Source of the DNA: Basidiobolus meristosporus CBS 931.73
Lineage: Eukaryota; Fungi; Basidiobolomycota
Direction: 5' to 3'
Length of the DNA: 64,000 nucleotides
NCBI GenBank assembly: GCA_002104905.1
Contig: MCFE01000178.1
Location: 78,239 to 142,238 of the forward strand
Part shown: positions 63,769 through 64,000 of the stretch, one piece after another
Layout: each line of letters begins with the position of its first letter
Numbering within the stretch: position 1 is the stretch's first letter
Position numbers and translations under genes: made by a program
The notes under the pieces: generated by a model
What the model was told of the DNA's origin: nothing
The model's input: only the letters and a program-made list of their open reading frames with translations
Database searches by the model: none

Positions 63769-64000
63769 TTAGGGTTAGGGTTAGGGTTAGGGTTAGGGTT
63801 AGGGTTAGGGTTAGGGTTAGGGTTAGGGTTAGGGTTAGGGTTAGGGTTAGGGTTAGGGTTAGGGTTAGGGTTAGGGTTAGGGTTAGGGTTAGGGTTAGGG
63901 TTAGGGTTAGGGTTAGGGTTAGGGTTAGGGTTAGGGTTAGGGTTAGGGTTAGGGTTAGGGTTAGGGTTAGGGTTAGGGTTAGGGTTAGGGTTAGGTTAGG
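63769..64000 (+). repeat. Telomere, (TTAGGG)37 followed by two TTAGG
   Basis: Perfect hexamer array 63769-63990 running to the end of the window, G-rich strand 5'->3' toward the end. Confidence 0.98.

Noticed and set aside
63712-63999. ORF encoding (LG)n
   Set aside because: Translation artefact of the TTAGGG array.
63991-64000. Two TTAGG pentamers suggesting a variant telomere repeat
   Set aside because: Only at the extreme end of the sequence, where consensus errors are likely; 37 preceding units are perfect.
1-64000. CRISPR arrays, rRNA or prokaryotic systems
   Set aside because: No repeat-spacer arrays or rRNA-like sequence seen; spliceosomal introns and a TTAGGG telomere indicate a eukaryotic nuclear chromosome end.

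Overview
Fungal subtelomeric window ending in a (TTAGGG)n telomere at 63769-64000. The gene set suggests an early-diverging, Zoopagomycota/Mucoromycota-like fungus; this is inference only. CpG-rich gene blocks encode a coiled-coil/2xSH3 protein, a division-2 chitin synthase, a double-PAS protein, a Zn2Cys6 transcription factor, an AA11-like LPMO, a Psr1-like CTD phosphatase, a Ssh4/Ear1-like SPRY protein and two hypothetical proteins. These alternate with CpG-depleted transposon blocks: a decayed Ty3/Gypsy, CACTA-like transposase relics and a Ty1/Copia family with about 10 LTR copies, several nested with TSDs. The last ~9 kb is the most interesting part. It is a head-to-tail array of non-LTR retroelements, all with 5' ends facing the chromosome end, each ending in a telomere-like C-rich tail instead of poly(A). 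The array holds two long copies and a stub of an APE+RT LINE whose ORF1 and ORF2 are joined in frame by a conserved UGA-CUA. It also holds a 3' fragment of a second LINE family and a tRNA-headed SINE that shares the LINE's 3' hairpin and CCCCCCTAA tail. The telomere is attached directly to the truncated ORF1 of the distal LINE.
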